A program made the position numbers and the translations under genes. A stretch of DNA of 64,000 nt from Candidatus Hadarchaeales archaeon (GTDB lineage Archaea; Hadarchaeota; Hadarchaeia; Hadarchaeales; JAWBSP01): NCBI GenBank assembly GCA_038842485.1, contig JAWBSP010000001.1:20269-84268 (forward strand). The letters run 5' to 3'. The notes beneath the pieces are model-generated. The model was not told the origin of the DNA, made no database searches, and saw only the letters and a program-made list of their open reading frames with translations. Below are positions 26,849 through 36,637 of this stretch, piece by piece; positions within the stretch are counted from its first letter, which is position 1; the number at the start of each line of letters is the position of its first letter.

Positions 26849-29540
26849 GCAGAACCAGCTCCTCGGCTCTCTGGAGGCTCTCCTCAATCTTCGAGGGATC
26901 TCCCCCTCCACCTTGACCCAAGTCGGCTTTCCCTCCCCCCTTTCCACCCGCGGTTTGAGCCAGCTCGGAGGCAATTCTACCACAGTGGACTCCAGCCCGC
27001 ACCGCCTCCTCCCCAGCCATAACTAAGAAGCTAGCTTTTCCCTCTTCCTCCGTTGCTAGGACGACGACTAATTTGGGATCTCTTTTGGTCAAGAACTCAC
27101 CGACCTTTATTAGTTCGGCGGTCCCCAGGTCTATCCTCTCGGCAACGAGCAGCAACTCTCCCACCTTCCTGCTCTTAGCCAGCACGGCATGCCCTAACAC
27201 TGGGGCGAGCCTCCCCCGCAGCCGCTCCATTTCTTTAGATGCAGCCTTCCACTCGTTGAAGAGTCTCAGCGTTGCTTGGGGGAGTTCCTCCGGCACGCAT
27301 CTGAGAATCTCCAGGGCTTTCTCCATCCGTTCGAATCCCTGTCGGAGAAATCTTACCGCCGCCTCTCCCGCCGCGAATTCTAGGCGCTCCACCCCATCTT
27401 GAATGCGCTCCGCCCGCACGATGATGATGGGCCCCACCTCTCCGGTTCTGGAGCAGTGAGTTCCAGCGCAGGCTTGGACGTTCCATCCCTCAATCTCCAC
27501 CACTCTCAACCTTGCTCCCGGAACCACCCCACCCTGGTACAGAACGAAACCGTACTTCGATTCTGCCTCGTTTCGGTCCATCCACCGGCAGTTGACGGGC
27601 AGGTTCTGCATGACGATTCGGTTCGCCAGAAGTTCAATCTCTCTCAGTTTTTCGTCCGGGATTTTTTCATAGTGGGTGATATCCAGTCTCGAGCTTTCGG
27701 GTCCCTTCTGGGCTCCATGCTGCCAGACATGTGGGCCCAGTACTCTCTTGGCCGCCTCAAGCAGGATGTGCGTGGCGGTATGGTGGCGCATTAGGGAAAT
27801 TCTGCGCTCCCAATCCAAAATTCCCCTCACCTTCTCTCCTTTTCTGAAGGGGTTGGAATCCACTCTGTGAACCACCACCTCCCCGAACTTTTGGACCTCG
27901 AGAATTTTCACCTTTTTCTCCCCTGAGTGCAATTCCCCCGTGTCAGAGGGTTGTCCGCCACCTTCTGGATAGAAGGCCGTCCTGTCCAGAACCACCAAGT
28001 CCCCCTCGCTTCCCACAACTTCCGCCTCAAACTCCTTTAGATAGGGATTCTCGTAATACAGCAACACGGTGGGCGGGGCGGGCAGCTCTCTCACCCTTCC
28101 TCCCTCTCGCGCGGCCGGTGCCGAGGAGTGAAGCTTTGCCAGCCTGATGTAGAAATCCTCCGGTATCTCGAGCTCCACTCCCCTCTTCGAGCAGATCTCC
28201 TTCACAATCTCTGGTGGGAGGCCGTGGCTGTCGTAGAGGAGAGGAAGCTGGCCCGAGAGATCCACACCCTGCTGGAGCAGTCTTTCCACTATCCGCTCCC
28301 CCCTCGAGAGCGTTTCTCTGTACCTTTGCTGTTCTATTTCGCAGAGGTGCAGGATGTGATCCCTCCACTCCCAGAGTTCGGGGAAGTTCGGTTTTAGCAT
28401 TTTCAGCTGGGTGTCCATCAAACCGATCAACTCCTCCTCCAGCCCGAGCTCCCTGAGCAGCCTGATGGTTCGCCTGAGGACGAGCCTAGCGAGATACCCC
28501 TCGGCCACATTGCTTGGGGTTATCCCGTCCCCAAACATGAAGGCGAGGCACCTCAGGTGGTCGGCCACTGCGTAAACCGCCTGCATGGGTCTCAGCAACG
28601 AATCCACCCTTTCCAGGCTCTCACCCGTTTTCTCCGCCACCTTCTGCTTGAGCCATTTGAGCCCCCTCCCGGCATCCACATCCATCAATCCGGCTAGCTT
28701 CGAACTCACTTCCAAGAACTTCTCGGGAGGGCGCGGTACTTTAGCCAGCCCACGGATTCGCTCCACAAGTGGACCGAAAATCGAATCATACGAAGTGGGA
28801 TCCCCCCTTGAGAGCCATACCAGACGTTCAAGCCCATAGCCAGTATCGACGATGTTGAGGGGAAGAGGCTCGTAGGTACCATTCCTGATGGCATACCTCA
28901 TGAAGACCAGAGTTGCAACCTCCAGCCCGCGAACATTCACCTCAAAATCCTCGCCCGCGTTCCCTCCTCCTTCCCACCTCCCCTCAACATAGTTTATCTC
29001 TTCCGCTGGAATTCCCAGACGCTCGGTTAAGAATTCGTGACAAAGTTCAACCGTCTCGTGGTTCCAGTAAATTGCTCTTTCCTTTGAGTTGAAGGCATGG
29101 TGACCTCCCATGAAGAAGAGGGTAAAGTGCTTCCCTGAGCACCCCACATTGTCGATATCCTTTAGTCTTATGCTCGGCTGGCTTACCACTAGAGGGTTGG
29201 CTGGTGGTGGAACCAGTCCAGAGGTCACCCAAGGCTGGAAGTTCGCGATGGAGGCAATGGTGAGATAGATGTCATCTCTCCAGCGAGCCACCACCGGATA
29301 TCTCTTTATCACCTTGTGCCCTCGCTCCTCGAAGAATCTCAAGAACTCCCGCTCCATCTCGGCCAATTCGTAAGACCTGCTAGTGGGCGGATTACCCAAA
29401 AAGGTGTATTCATCGCAGGGGCTGTCCCCACACGTCTTGCGTTCACGCTCTAGGGTCCAGAAGTTCCTTCCGCACGAGGCACATGTTTTACGCATAAACC
29501 CCTGCCGCTCGAACATTCGAATTCGATAGATATCCATCAA
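26832..29540 (-). CDS. alaS: alanyl-tRNA synthetase
   Basis: 902 aa. Class II core, editing domain HxxxH…CxxxH, C-terminal DHHA1-like. Confidence 0.95.
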   Translation of the reverse strand: MMDIYRIRMFERQGFMRKTCASCGRNFWTLERERKTCGDSPCDEYTFLGNPPTSRSYELAEMEREFLRFFEERGHKVIKRYPVVARWRDDIYLTIASIANFQPWVTSGLVPPPANPLVVSQPSIRLKDIDNVGCSGKHFTLFFMGGHHAFNSKERAIYWNHETVELCHEFLTERLGIPAEEINYVEGRWEGGGNAGEDFEVNVRGLEVATLVFMRYAIRNGTYEPLPLNIVDTGYGLERLVWLSRGDPTSYDSIFGPLVERIRGLAKVPRPPEKFLEVSSKLAGLMDVDAGRGLKWLKQKVAEKTGESLERVDSLLRPMQAVYAVADHLRCLAFMFGDGITPSNVAEGYLARLVLRRTIRLLRELGLEEELIGLMDTQLKMLKPNFPELWEWRDHILHLCEIEQQRYRETLSRGERIVERLLQQGVDLSGQLPLLYDSHGLPPEIVKEICSKRGVELEIPEDFYIRLAKLHSSAPAAREGGRVRELPAPPTVLLYYENPYLKEFEAEVVGSEGDLVVLDRTAFYPEGGGQPSDTGELHSGEKKVKILEVQKFGEVVVHRVDSNPFRKGEKVRGILDWERRISLMRHHTATHILLEAAKRVLGPHVWQHGAQKGPESSRLDITHYEKIPDEKLREIELLANRIVMQNLPVNCRWMDRNEAESKYGFVLYQGGVVPGARLRVVEIEGWNVQACAGTHCSRTGEVGPIIIVRAERIQDGVERLEFAAGEAAVRFLRQGFERMEKALEILRCVPEELPQATLRLFNEWKAASKEMERLRGRLAPVLGHAVLAKSRKVGELLLVAERIDLGTAELIKVGEFLTKRDPKLVVVLATEEEGKASFLVMAGEEAVRAGVHCGRIASELAQTAGGKGGGKADLGQGGGGDPSKIEESLQRAEELVLREAQS

Positions 29541-29688
29541 GTTTTGCGTTTGGGAGTAAGTGTTTTTATCGTCAATTCCGCGAGATTTCTAGGAGGCTAG
29601 CAAGATTGAGGAAACGCTCGTTTATCTTTGAGGGTTTGGGGATTGAGGATTTTGTCACCGTGATGAAGGGAACAATTATATCAAAATC

Positions 29689-32097
29689 TTATCTGCTCAA
29701 GTGTTTCCCAGATTTTAGGTCCAGTCCCTTGCCCAGATCGATAGAAGAGACAAGCTCAACCCGTGTGGGTTCACCTTTGCTTTTCTCCCTGCTCAGACGA
29801 TAGAGATACCCGCTCGCCGCCGCCTCGAGGGCTTCCTCGTGGGTGATCAGGATAACCTGTTTGATCTCCTCGGGCAGGCGTTCTCTCAGCATCTCGGCCA
29901 CCTCTGCGATCACGTTTCTGTCTAGATTGTGGGTGGGCTCGTCCAGCACGATCCAACCTAATTTGGGGGAGAGGGCGAGGGCGAAGGCCATGCGCATGGT
30001 CAGGCAGGCAGCCGCTCGCTCCCCCCCGCTGACCGGCCCCTCTAGATCCACCCAATCCCCTCGTCTGTTTCGAAGCTGGAAGAGGTACTCTCCGTCCTTC
30101 ACACGCAGGGCCAGCCCCGTGAAGTCCCCATAGGGATAGATTTCAGACCACAGCCTCCCCATTAGGTCGTTCACCACCTCCACGAACTCCTCTCTCAAAA
30201 CCGCTTGTGTGTGAGCCAAGGCCTGCTGTACCTTCAGGAAGTACTCCGAGGCGAGATGCGTGTGCTTCACCTCCGCCTCAAGCCTCCTCATCTCCTTCCT
30301 TCCTGCCTCCAGCTCCCGTGCCCGTTCTCTCTCTAGGGTAAGCATCTCGCGCAGGCCCCTCACGCTACTTTCGAGCTTTCCTCTCTCCTCCCTGAGCCTC
30401 GCAAGCTCGGCCTCGAGCGTTCTGAGCCTTCTCTCGTCAAATCTTTTTCTCTTCTCCACGAGCAGCTGGTTCAGCTTCAGTTCCTCAGCCTGATTTTTCT
30501 CTAGCTCCTTCTCAAGGCTCTCAAGCTGCTCCCTTAGGTGAACTCTCCTCTCCGCCTCCTGGCTCTTGGTTCGCATCTCCTCTTCCTCCCTCCTGAGTCC
30601 TGTCAGAGTTGAATTCAGTAAGGCAAGTTCATCGCTGGCGATTTTCAGATCTCTCTCCAGCTCGGCCGCTCTCTCCAAGTGCCTAGCTCTCTCCCTCTCA
30701 AGTTCCTCCCTTCCTTCCGACTCTATTCTCAATCTTTCTGCTTCTCTCCAGAGCTGCTCCTTGGTCCTCCTCTCCCTCTCAACCTGCTCCCCTTCCCTCC
30801 TGAGTTCCTCCTCTCTCCGTTTCAGCTCCTCCAGTTTATCCCGCTTGCTGGAGAGGAGGGAGAGTTTCTTCCCCTCGTCTAGAGGGCTCTCGCACACCGG
30901 GCACTTGGCCGAGGCATGCTGGAGTTCCTCTAAGCTCCTAGCGATTTCCTCGAGCTGTGCTCTGATTTCAGCTTTCTCTCTCACCAGCCTGTTTTCGGTC
31001 TCTTGGAGGGTCCGAAGCTCCGCCTCCACTCGCTCAGGATTTAGTTCTTGAAGTCTCTTCGCGATCTCTAACTTCTTGTTTATCTCCGCCGCGAGCTGCT
31101 TGGCTTGGCTTAAATGCATGTCGCGCTCCCCCTTCGCCCTCTCAACCTCCCCAAGCTTGCGCGCGTGAGCCTCCTCCACCGATTTTTTCTTTTTTGAGAC
31201 CTCCTCCAGCCCCTCGGAAAGTCGCCGTGCCTCCTCTTGTAATTGGCTTACCGGGTACTCGGCCTGAGGACCTAGGATTTCCCTGAGCCGGTCCCTCTGT
31301 ACTCGGTAGGCTCGAACGTACTCTCTGACCCCATGCAATCTTTTTTCCAGCCCCACCAGCTCCTCATCGAGTTGCTGTAGGGTGCGGAACTCAGCATCCT
31401 TGCTCTGCAGTTCCCTTTCCACCTCCTCCTTTCTTCGCTCCTCCTCCGCAAGTCTTCTCTCCAAATCCCTGATTCTCTCGCCCAACTCCCTCAGTTTGTC
31501 TTCTATTCCCTCTTTCCGGAGGGTTGCAAGCCTCTCCTCCCCCTTTCCGGCCAGTGTGGCGAGCATCTTGCCCAGCGAGCCAGCCTTCTTCCTCGCCTCC
31601 TCCAGCTTGTCGATACCCAGAAGCTCGTCAATTTTCCTCTTTCTGTCCTTCTCTGTCAGTAGCAGATCGAGCTGGTCCTGCTCCGAGTACACGGCTCTCT
31701 CGTAGAGCTCATAGTCCATCTCCAGCAGCTCCTGTATGTAGGAGGTTACTCGCTCCGCCCCCTCTGCCAACAGTTCCCCGTCCCGGCGGAGTTCAGCTCG
31801 ACTTGGGGAACCGCGCCTTATCTCCCTCTTGACCGTGAACTCTCCCCCGTCTGGCCCTTGGAAGGAGACTTCAACCGTGGCCCTGTCGACCTGTGGGCTG
31901 TCCCTGATAAGTTCCTCCTGCTTGATGGTTCGCTTCTTGAGCTTGGGAACCGTCCCGAAGAGGGCGAACGAGATGGCTTCAAGCACGCTGGTCTTTCCCC
32001 CGCCGTTGGGGCCCACCAAGATGTTGGTTCCCTCCCCAAAGCGAAGCTCGGTTCGCTCGTGCGACTTCCAGTTCTCGAGCTTGACGCTGGTGATCAA
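29689..32097 (-). CDS. rad50: DNA double-strand break repair ATPase Rad50
   Basis: N-terminal Walker A GPNGGGKTS, long coiled coil with zinc hook CPVC, C-terminal signature and Walker B (VLDEPT). Confidence 0.9.
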   Translation of the reverse strand: MITSVKLENWKSHERTELRFGEGTNILVGPNGGGKTSVLEAISFALFGTVPKLKKRTIKQEELIRDSPQVDRATVEVSFQGPDGGEFTVKREIRRGSPSRAELRRDGELLAEGAERVTSYIQELLEMDYELYERAVYSEQDQLDLLLTEKDRKRKIDELLGIDKLEEARKKAGSLGKMLATLAGKGEERLATLRKEGIEDKLRELGERIRDLERRLAEEERRKEEVERELQSKDAEFRTLQQLDEELVGLEKRLHGVREYVRAYRVQRDRLREILGPQAEYPVSQLQEEARRLSEGLEEVSKKKKSVEEAHARKLGEVERAKGERDMHLSQAKQLAAEINKKLEIAKRLQELNPERVEAELRTLQETENRLVREKAEIRAQLEEIARSLEELQHASAKCPVCESPLDEGKKLSLLSSKRDKLEELKRREEELRREGEQVERERRTKEQLWREAERLRIESEGREELERERARHLERAAELERDLKIASDELALLNSTLTGLRREEEEMRTKSQEAERRVHLREQLESLEKELEKNQAEELKLNQLLVEKRKRFDERRLRTLEAELARLREERGKLESSVRGLREMLTLERERARELEAGRKEMRRLEAEVKHTHLASEYFLKVQQALAHTQAVLREEFVEVVNDLMGRLWSEIYPYGDFTGLALRVKDGEYLFQLRNRRGDWVDLEGPVSGGERAAACLTMRMAFALALSPKLGWIVLDEPTHNLDRNVIAEVAEMLRERLPEEIKQVILITHEEALEAAASGYLYRLSREKSKGEPTRVELVSSIDLGKGLDLKSGKHLSR

Positions 32098-33356
32098 TCC
32101 TCCACCTCCGCCCGAACCCGCGCGGCTAGAACCTCCTCCACTTTTTTCCCCACTATCTCCTCTTTCTCTTCCGTCAGCAGGTGGTACAGATCGGTGATGC
32201 TAAAGAGGGGCTCCCTCACCAGATCCTTGAGGTATTCCTCGAGCAGCCTAAGGGTCCTATCGCGGAGAGAGAGCGGGCGCTCCCTGAGTTCTCTCACTAG
32301 CTCTGCCTTTTTCGAGACAAGCTCCGAAAGGAGTCTAGTTCTGTCGATTTCTATCAGCGCCCTGTCGGAGAATTCCTCGATTATCCTTTGGGGATCAAAC
32401 TCGCTTCCTAGTACACCTTTGGCTAGGGTGCCTATGAGTCTCAGCTTGATTAGGGGAGGCTTTGGATTCCTTCGAGGTCTGGAGAGAACCTCCTCCACCC
32501 GCTGTTTTGTCATCTCGGTCAGCTCTCTGAGTCCCACCCCTTCCACCCTTAGCTCCTCAAAGAAAAAGTCCCTTGGAGTCTCAAGCTCGACGAATTCCCA
32601 GCTTGTCACATCTGAGAGGTCAACGAGATAGAAGCCCTTCACCCTTTCGGTCTCGAGCAACTGTGTGCGTTCGGTTGAGCCAGGGAAGAGGAGGGGTTTT
32701 CCCCTAACCTCAATCTCAGCCCTGCAGTGTACATGCCCGCAGACGTAGAGATCAAATCCTTCTGGGAGATCCCCAAGCTGAATCCGTGCTTGTTCCCTAT
32801 CTTGAAAGACGAAGGAGCCGAGGGACTGATGGAGCATGAGGACGTTCTTGGCCCCCTCCACTGGTCTGGGCCTCCACTGTTTCAGGGCCTCGAGTGAGTA
32901 CCGCTCGGGGACGTGGCTCATGCCGTGGACGGCCAACTTTTCGTCTCCAATTTTGAGGACAATGGTGTCTCGATGGAGGTAGACTAGGGTGCCCGTGGCC
33001 TCCAGCATCTCCATGATATTTGTCTGGCCCTTGGAGCGCAACTCGTGGTTCCCGTGGAGGGAGAGGACCGGCGTGCCCCTAAGGGCCTCAGACCTAACCT
33101 CTTTCCCCCCGCACCAGGCAACTGCGGAGTCGTGTTTGAACCTGAGGTTAAGGATCTTCAGGGTACGGATGACAACCTCCAGCGGCGGAACAGGTTTCTC
33201 GAAGAGATCCCCACCGAGCAAGATGAGGTCTGCCCCCCTTTCAACCGCCTTAGTGAAAGCCTCCTCCGCCTGTATGAAGGCATCCTCGAAGCGTGGCGTT
33301 CCCCGCTTGAAACCCAAGTGATTGTCGGAAATGATCGCTAGTCTCATGCCATTCAC
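32094..33356 (-). CDS. mre11: DNA double-strand break repair nuclease Mre11
   Basis: Phosphoesterase motifs DNHLG, GDLFE and GNHE. Its stop overlaps the rad50 start. Confidence 0.9.
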   Translation of the reverse strand: MNGMRLAIISDNHLGFKRGTPRFEDAFIQAEEAFTKAVERGADLILLGGDLFEKPVPPLEVVIRTLKILNLRFKHDSAVAWCGGKEVRSEALRGTPVLSLHGNHELRSKGQTNIMEMLEATGTLVYLHRDTIVLKIGDEKLAVHGMSHVPERYSLEALKQWRPRPVEGAKNVLMLHQSLGSFVFQDREQARIQLGDLPEGFDLYVCGHVHCRAEIEVRGKPLLFPGSTERTQLLETERVKGFYLVDLSDVTSWEFVELETPRDFFFEELRVEGVGLRELTEMTKQRVEEVLSRPRRNPKPPLIKLRLIGTLAKGVLGSEFDPQRIIEEFSDRALIEIDRTRLLSELVSKKAELVRELRERPLSLRDRTLRLLEEYLKDLVREPLFSITDLYHLLTEEKEEIVGKKVEEVLAARVRAEVED

Positions 33357-33415
33357 TTTGCTTCACGTTCTTAAAGGGGTGCAGCAAGATTTTTCACCGT
33401 GGCGGAATTTTTTGA

Positions 33416-34597
33416 ATGTTTGAGCCTTGGACGGAGAAGTACCGCCCCAGGAGTATGAAGGAAGTGGTCGGGCAACCGGGGGCGGTCTCGCAGATGCTCG
33501 ATTGGGCCAAAAAATGGGCTAGGGGTAGGGTGAAACCTCCCGCTCTCCTCCTTTATGGCCCCCATGGAACCGGAAAAACCTCGGCTGCCCTTGCGCTGGC
33601 CAGCGAGATGGGATGGGAGGTTTTGGAGCTTAACGCGAGCGATGAGAGGACCTACGAGAGCATAAAGAGGTTTGGGGCCGGGGCGACCATGGGCTCGCTG
33701 ATGGGTAGGAGAAAGCTCCTCCTGCTCGACGAGGCAGACAACTTGGAGCGTGGGGGACACCGGGCCGTAGTGGAGCTCTTGGAGAGGACGGCGAACCCCG
33801 TGATTCTGACGGCAACCTCCAACCGAGACGTGCCGGAGGGGATTAGGAAGTACTGTTTGGAGATTCAGTTCAGAAGGATCGCTGTTTCAACCATAGTCAA
33901 CGTTCTGAGAAAGGTGTGCGATGCCGAGAAAATCAAGGTGGAGGAGGGGGTGCTTGAAACCATTGCCGAGGGTTCAAAAGGCGATCTGCGGGCGGCCATC
34001 AACGATCTTCAAGTCACCTGTTCGGGCGTGGAATACGTTTCGAAAAGGGAGGTCTTTACCTCTCCTAGGTTAGCGGAGCTCAACATCTTTCAGGTTCTCG
34101 GGGTCCTGCTCAAGGCACGAACCTGCTCAGAGGCAAGGAACCTGCTCTTCTCCTTAGACATGCCTCCGGAGGACGCACTCAGCTGGATAAGTGAAAACGT
34201 ACCCAGAATGCTGAAGGAGCCAGAAGACTTGGAGCGCGTTTACAATTTCCTGTCCGAGGCAGATCTCTTCAGGGCCAGACTTTCTAGGAGGCAGGCATAC
34301 AGGCTGGAGAAGTACATGTGTGATCTGATGACTGCCGGGGTGGCCGTGAGCAGGAGAGGGGAGGTCTCCTTTGTGAGGTTTCAGTTTCCCACCGCCGGGG
34401 TGATGTTCGCTAGGGGGAGGGGAGCTAGGGCGCTCCGGGAGAGCATTTCCGAGAAGCTTGCCCGTCATTGCCACACCTCCGCCCACCATTCCAGAAGGGA
34501 TCTGCTTCCCTACCTCCTCCTCATCCTGAAGAAGGCTCCATCCATCGCTGAGGTGCTGCAGCTCACGGAGGAGGAGAGGGACTTCATAGGCGCATGA
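33416..34597 (+). CDS. rfcL: replication factor C large subunit
   Basis: N-terminus WTEKYRP…VVGQ. Walker A GPHGTGKTS. DEAD-like LLLDEAD. 393 aa, short for RFC-L. Confidence 0.75.
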   Translation: MFEPWTEKYRPRSMKEVVGQPGAVSQMLDWAKKWARGRVKPPALLLYGPHGTGKTSAALALASEMGWEVLELNASDERTYESIKRFGAGATMGSLMGRRKLLLLDEADNLERGGHRAVVELLERTANPVILTATSNRDVPEGIRKYCLEIQFRRIAVSTIVNVLRKVCDAEKIKVEEGVLETIAEGSKGDLRAAINDLQVTCSGVEYVSKREVFTSPRLAELNIFQVLGVLLKARTCSEARNLLFSLDMPPEDALSWISENVPRMLKEPEDLERVYNFLSEADLFRARLSRRQAYRLEKYMCDLMTAGVAVSRRGEVSFVRFQFPTAGVMFARGRGARALRESISEKLARHCHTSAHHSRRDLLPYLLLILKKAPSIAEVLQLTEEERDFIGA

Positions 34598-35694
34598 GGG
34601 TGGTAAAGAGGCCCGAGCTGGGCAAATTGGTCACCCCCCTCCCCAACCGTAGGCTTCCCGTCCACAACTGGTTCCTGCCCAAGGAGGGTTTCTCGCGAGA
34701 TTTGGTGGCGATGTTGATCAACAGCTTCTGGCTGTACAAGGGGGACCTGGTGCTGGATCCCTTCGTGGGTGGCGGAACCACCTGCCTCACCTGCAAGGAG
34801 TTCGGGATAGACTCGCTGGGTCTCGACGTGCACCCTCTCATGCTCCTCATGGCCAGGGCCAAAACGCAGGACTATGAGGTCGCGAAGCTTGAGGAAAAGG
34901 TACAGGGGGTTCTGAAGGCCCCCCCGGCTGAGCCACCCGAGAGGCTCTCCAGGTTTTTCCCCCGCCCGGTGCTGCAGGAAATCTGGGGCCTGCGGCAGGA
35001 AATCCTGCAGGTCGAGGGGGAGGTCAGGGACTTTCTGCTGGTGGGCCTGCTCCGGGCTGCCATGGAGTGCTCCTGGGCGTACAAGGATGGGGCAGTGGTT
35101 AAAGTCAGAAGAAGACCCCTTCCCTCCTTCCGGGAAACCCTATCAAAGACTTTGGGGTGGATGCTAGACGACCTGAGGCGGCTCAAGACCAAGCCAGCTC
35201 GAACCGAGATCCGCGACTCGGACGCGAGGTTGGGAATCGAGGAGGAGGTGGATGCGGTGATCACCTCACCCCCCTACCTGAACAAGTCTGAGTACTGCAC
35301 CTCTTACTGGGTGGAGGAAGAAATCTGTGGGCTGGAGAGGAGAGGTCCCGAGGTCTTCCTAGGGAGCACGCCGGTCCGGAAGAGCATTCCTGAGGTTGAC
35401 AAGGTGCTACCTGAGCAAACGGAGGAGGTCAGGGCCTACTTCTACGACATGTTCCAGGTGTTCGAGCGACTTCAGGTTTCCTGCAGGAGAGGGGCAAAGG
35501 TAGCCCTAATCACCTCGGATGCCGGCTTCAGGGACAGGGTGGTGGAGGTCTGTCTTCCGCTCTGCCAGCTCGCGGAGGAGGTGGGGTTTAAGGCAAGAAA
35601 GATGCTGGTGGTCAACGAGAGGTTCTGCACCACTCCCTCGAGGAGGAAAATAGGAAAGATAAAGGAAGCCCTGTTGTTTTTTGAAAAGCAGTAG
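34594..35694 (+). CDS. SAM-dependent nucleic-acid methyltransferase (N6A/N4C-type SPPY family), orphan
   Basis: Motif I DPFVGGGTT near the N-terminus, motif IV VITSPPYLN ~170 aa later. ATGA overlap with the rfcL stop. No restriction endonuclease nearby. Confidence 0.6.
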   Translation: MRVVKRPELGKLVTPLPNRRLPVHNWFLPKEGFSRDLVAMLINSFWLYKGDLVLDPFVGGGTTCLTCKEFGIDSLGLDVHPLMLLMARAKTQDYEVAKLEEKVQGVLKAPPAEPPERLSRFFPRPVLQEIWGLRQEILQVEGEVRDFLLVGLLRAAMECSWAYKDGAVVKVRRRPLPSFRETLSKTLGWMLDDLRRLKTKPARTEIRDSDARLGIEEEVDAVITSPPYLNKSEYCTSYWVEEEICGLERRGPEVFLGSTPVRKSIPEVDKVLPEQTEEVRAYFYDMFQVFERLQVSCRRGAKVALITSDAGFRDRVVEVCLPLCQLAEEVGFKARKMLVVNERFCTTPSRRKIGKIKEALLFFEKQ

Positions 35695-35695
35695 T

Positions 35696-36637
35696 TCACC
35701 CACCGGCGGGACCCGCACCAGAACACTGGAATCCAACAGAAGTTTGTGGTGCCTTGAAGAATGGCTCCTTCAGCTGGGTGGCCCGCAGGAAGGCCCCCCT
35801 CGCCGCCTCCAAATCTCCCTTCCTGATAGGTGTTAGGAGATCTACCAAGTTGTCGTTCCTCATCAGACAGGGTTTGAGGTAACCATCGGGCGTTAGACGC
35901 AGACGGGTGCAGTGCAGGCAGAACTCGGTGTTGTGCATGGAGCGCACCACCTCAACCTCGCATTCGGGGAGGAGGAATTTTCTCCTAAAGTGCATTTCCC
36001 TTCTCTCGACCTTAAGAGCCCTCCTCTCCAGCTTTTTCTCAACCGGGGAGAGGTCGAGCCAGAAGGGTTGCAGGTCGGGACGGATGGGCAGAAGTTCAAT
36101 CAGCTGCAACACCAACCCCTTCTCGGAGCAGAACCGGATCATGGGTTCCACCTCCTCCTCGTTCACTCCCTTGAGAACCACCATGTTGAGTTTCACGGGT
36201 TTGAGCCCCGCCTCAACTGCCGCCACGATCCCCTCCAAGACCCGCTGGAGCAGAGGTCTCCTCGTGATGCGTTCGTAGTTTCTGGGATCTAGCGTGGGAA
36301 GGTCGATGTTGACACGCCTCAGGCCGGCTCGTGCGAGTTTTTGGGCGAGGGGTGCTAGCAGGGTCCCGTTGGTGGTCATGGAGAGATCCAGTCCCGGGTT
36401 TCTCTCTAGTACCTCTGGTAGGTCTTTCCTGAGGAGGGGCTCCCCGCCCGTAAGCTTGATCTCCGAGATCCCGAGTTCTCGGGCGAGCTGCAGGATTTCA
36501 GCGAGTTCTTGGGTGCCCATCTGTCTCGGGCCTGGTGCGCAACCCTCTAGGTGGCAGTAGAAGCAGCTGAGGTTGCACTCCTGGGTGAGGGAGATCCTCA
36601 GTCCAGTTACCCTCCTTCCGAGCGGATCAACGAGCAA
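35696..36637 (-). CDS. moaA: GTP 3',8-cyclase MoaA (radical SAM)
   Basis: CNLSCFYCH radical-SAM cluster motif, 313 aa. Confidence 0.9.
   Translation of the reverse strand: MLVDPLGRRVTGLRISLTQECNLSCFYCHLEGCAPGPRQMGTQELAEILQLARELGISEIKLTGGEPLLRKDLPEVLERNPGLDLSMTTNGTLLAPLAQKLARAGLRRVNIDLPTLDPRNYERITRRPLLQRVLEGIVAAVEAGLKPVKLNMVVLKGVNEEEVEPMIRFCSEKGLVLQLIELLPIRPDLQPFWLDLSPVEKKLERRALKVERREMHFRRKFLLPECEVEVVRSMHNTEFCLHCTRLRLTPDGYLKPCLMRNDNLVDLLTPIRKGDLEAARGAFLRATQLKEPFFKAPQTSVGFQCSGAGPAGG

Noticed and set aside
29540-29689. GUGAUGA C-box-like motif in the alaS/rad50 spacer
   Set aside because: No downstream CUGA D box at appropriate spacing and no terminal stem.
30200-31700. Highly repetitive CTCCTC / GAGGAG-rich DNA suggesting a tandem repeat or low-complexity element
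   Set aside because: It encodes the E/R/L-rich coiled-coil arms of Rad50, so it is coding bias and not a repeat element.
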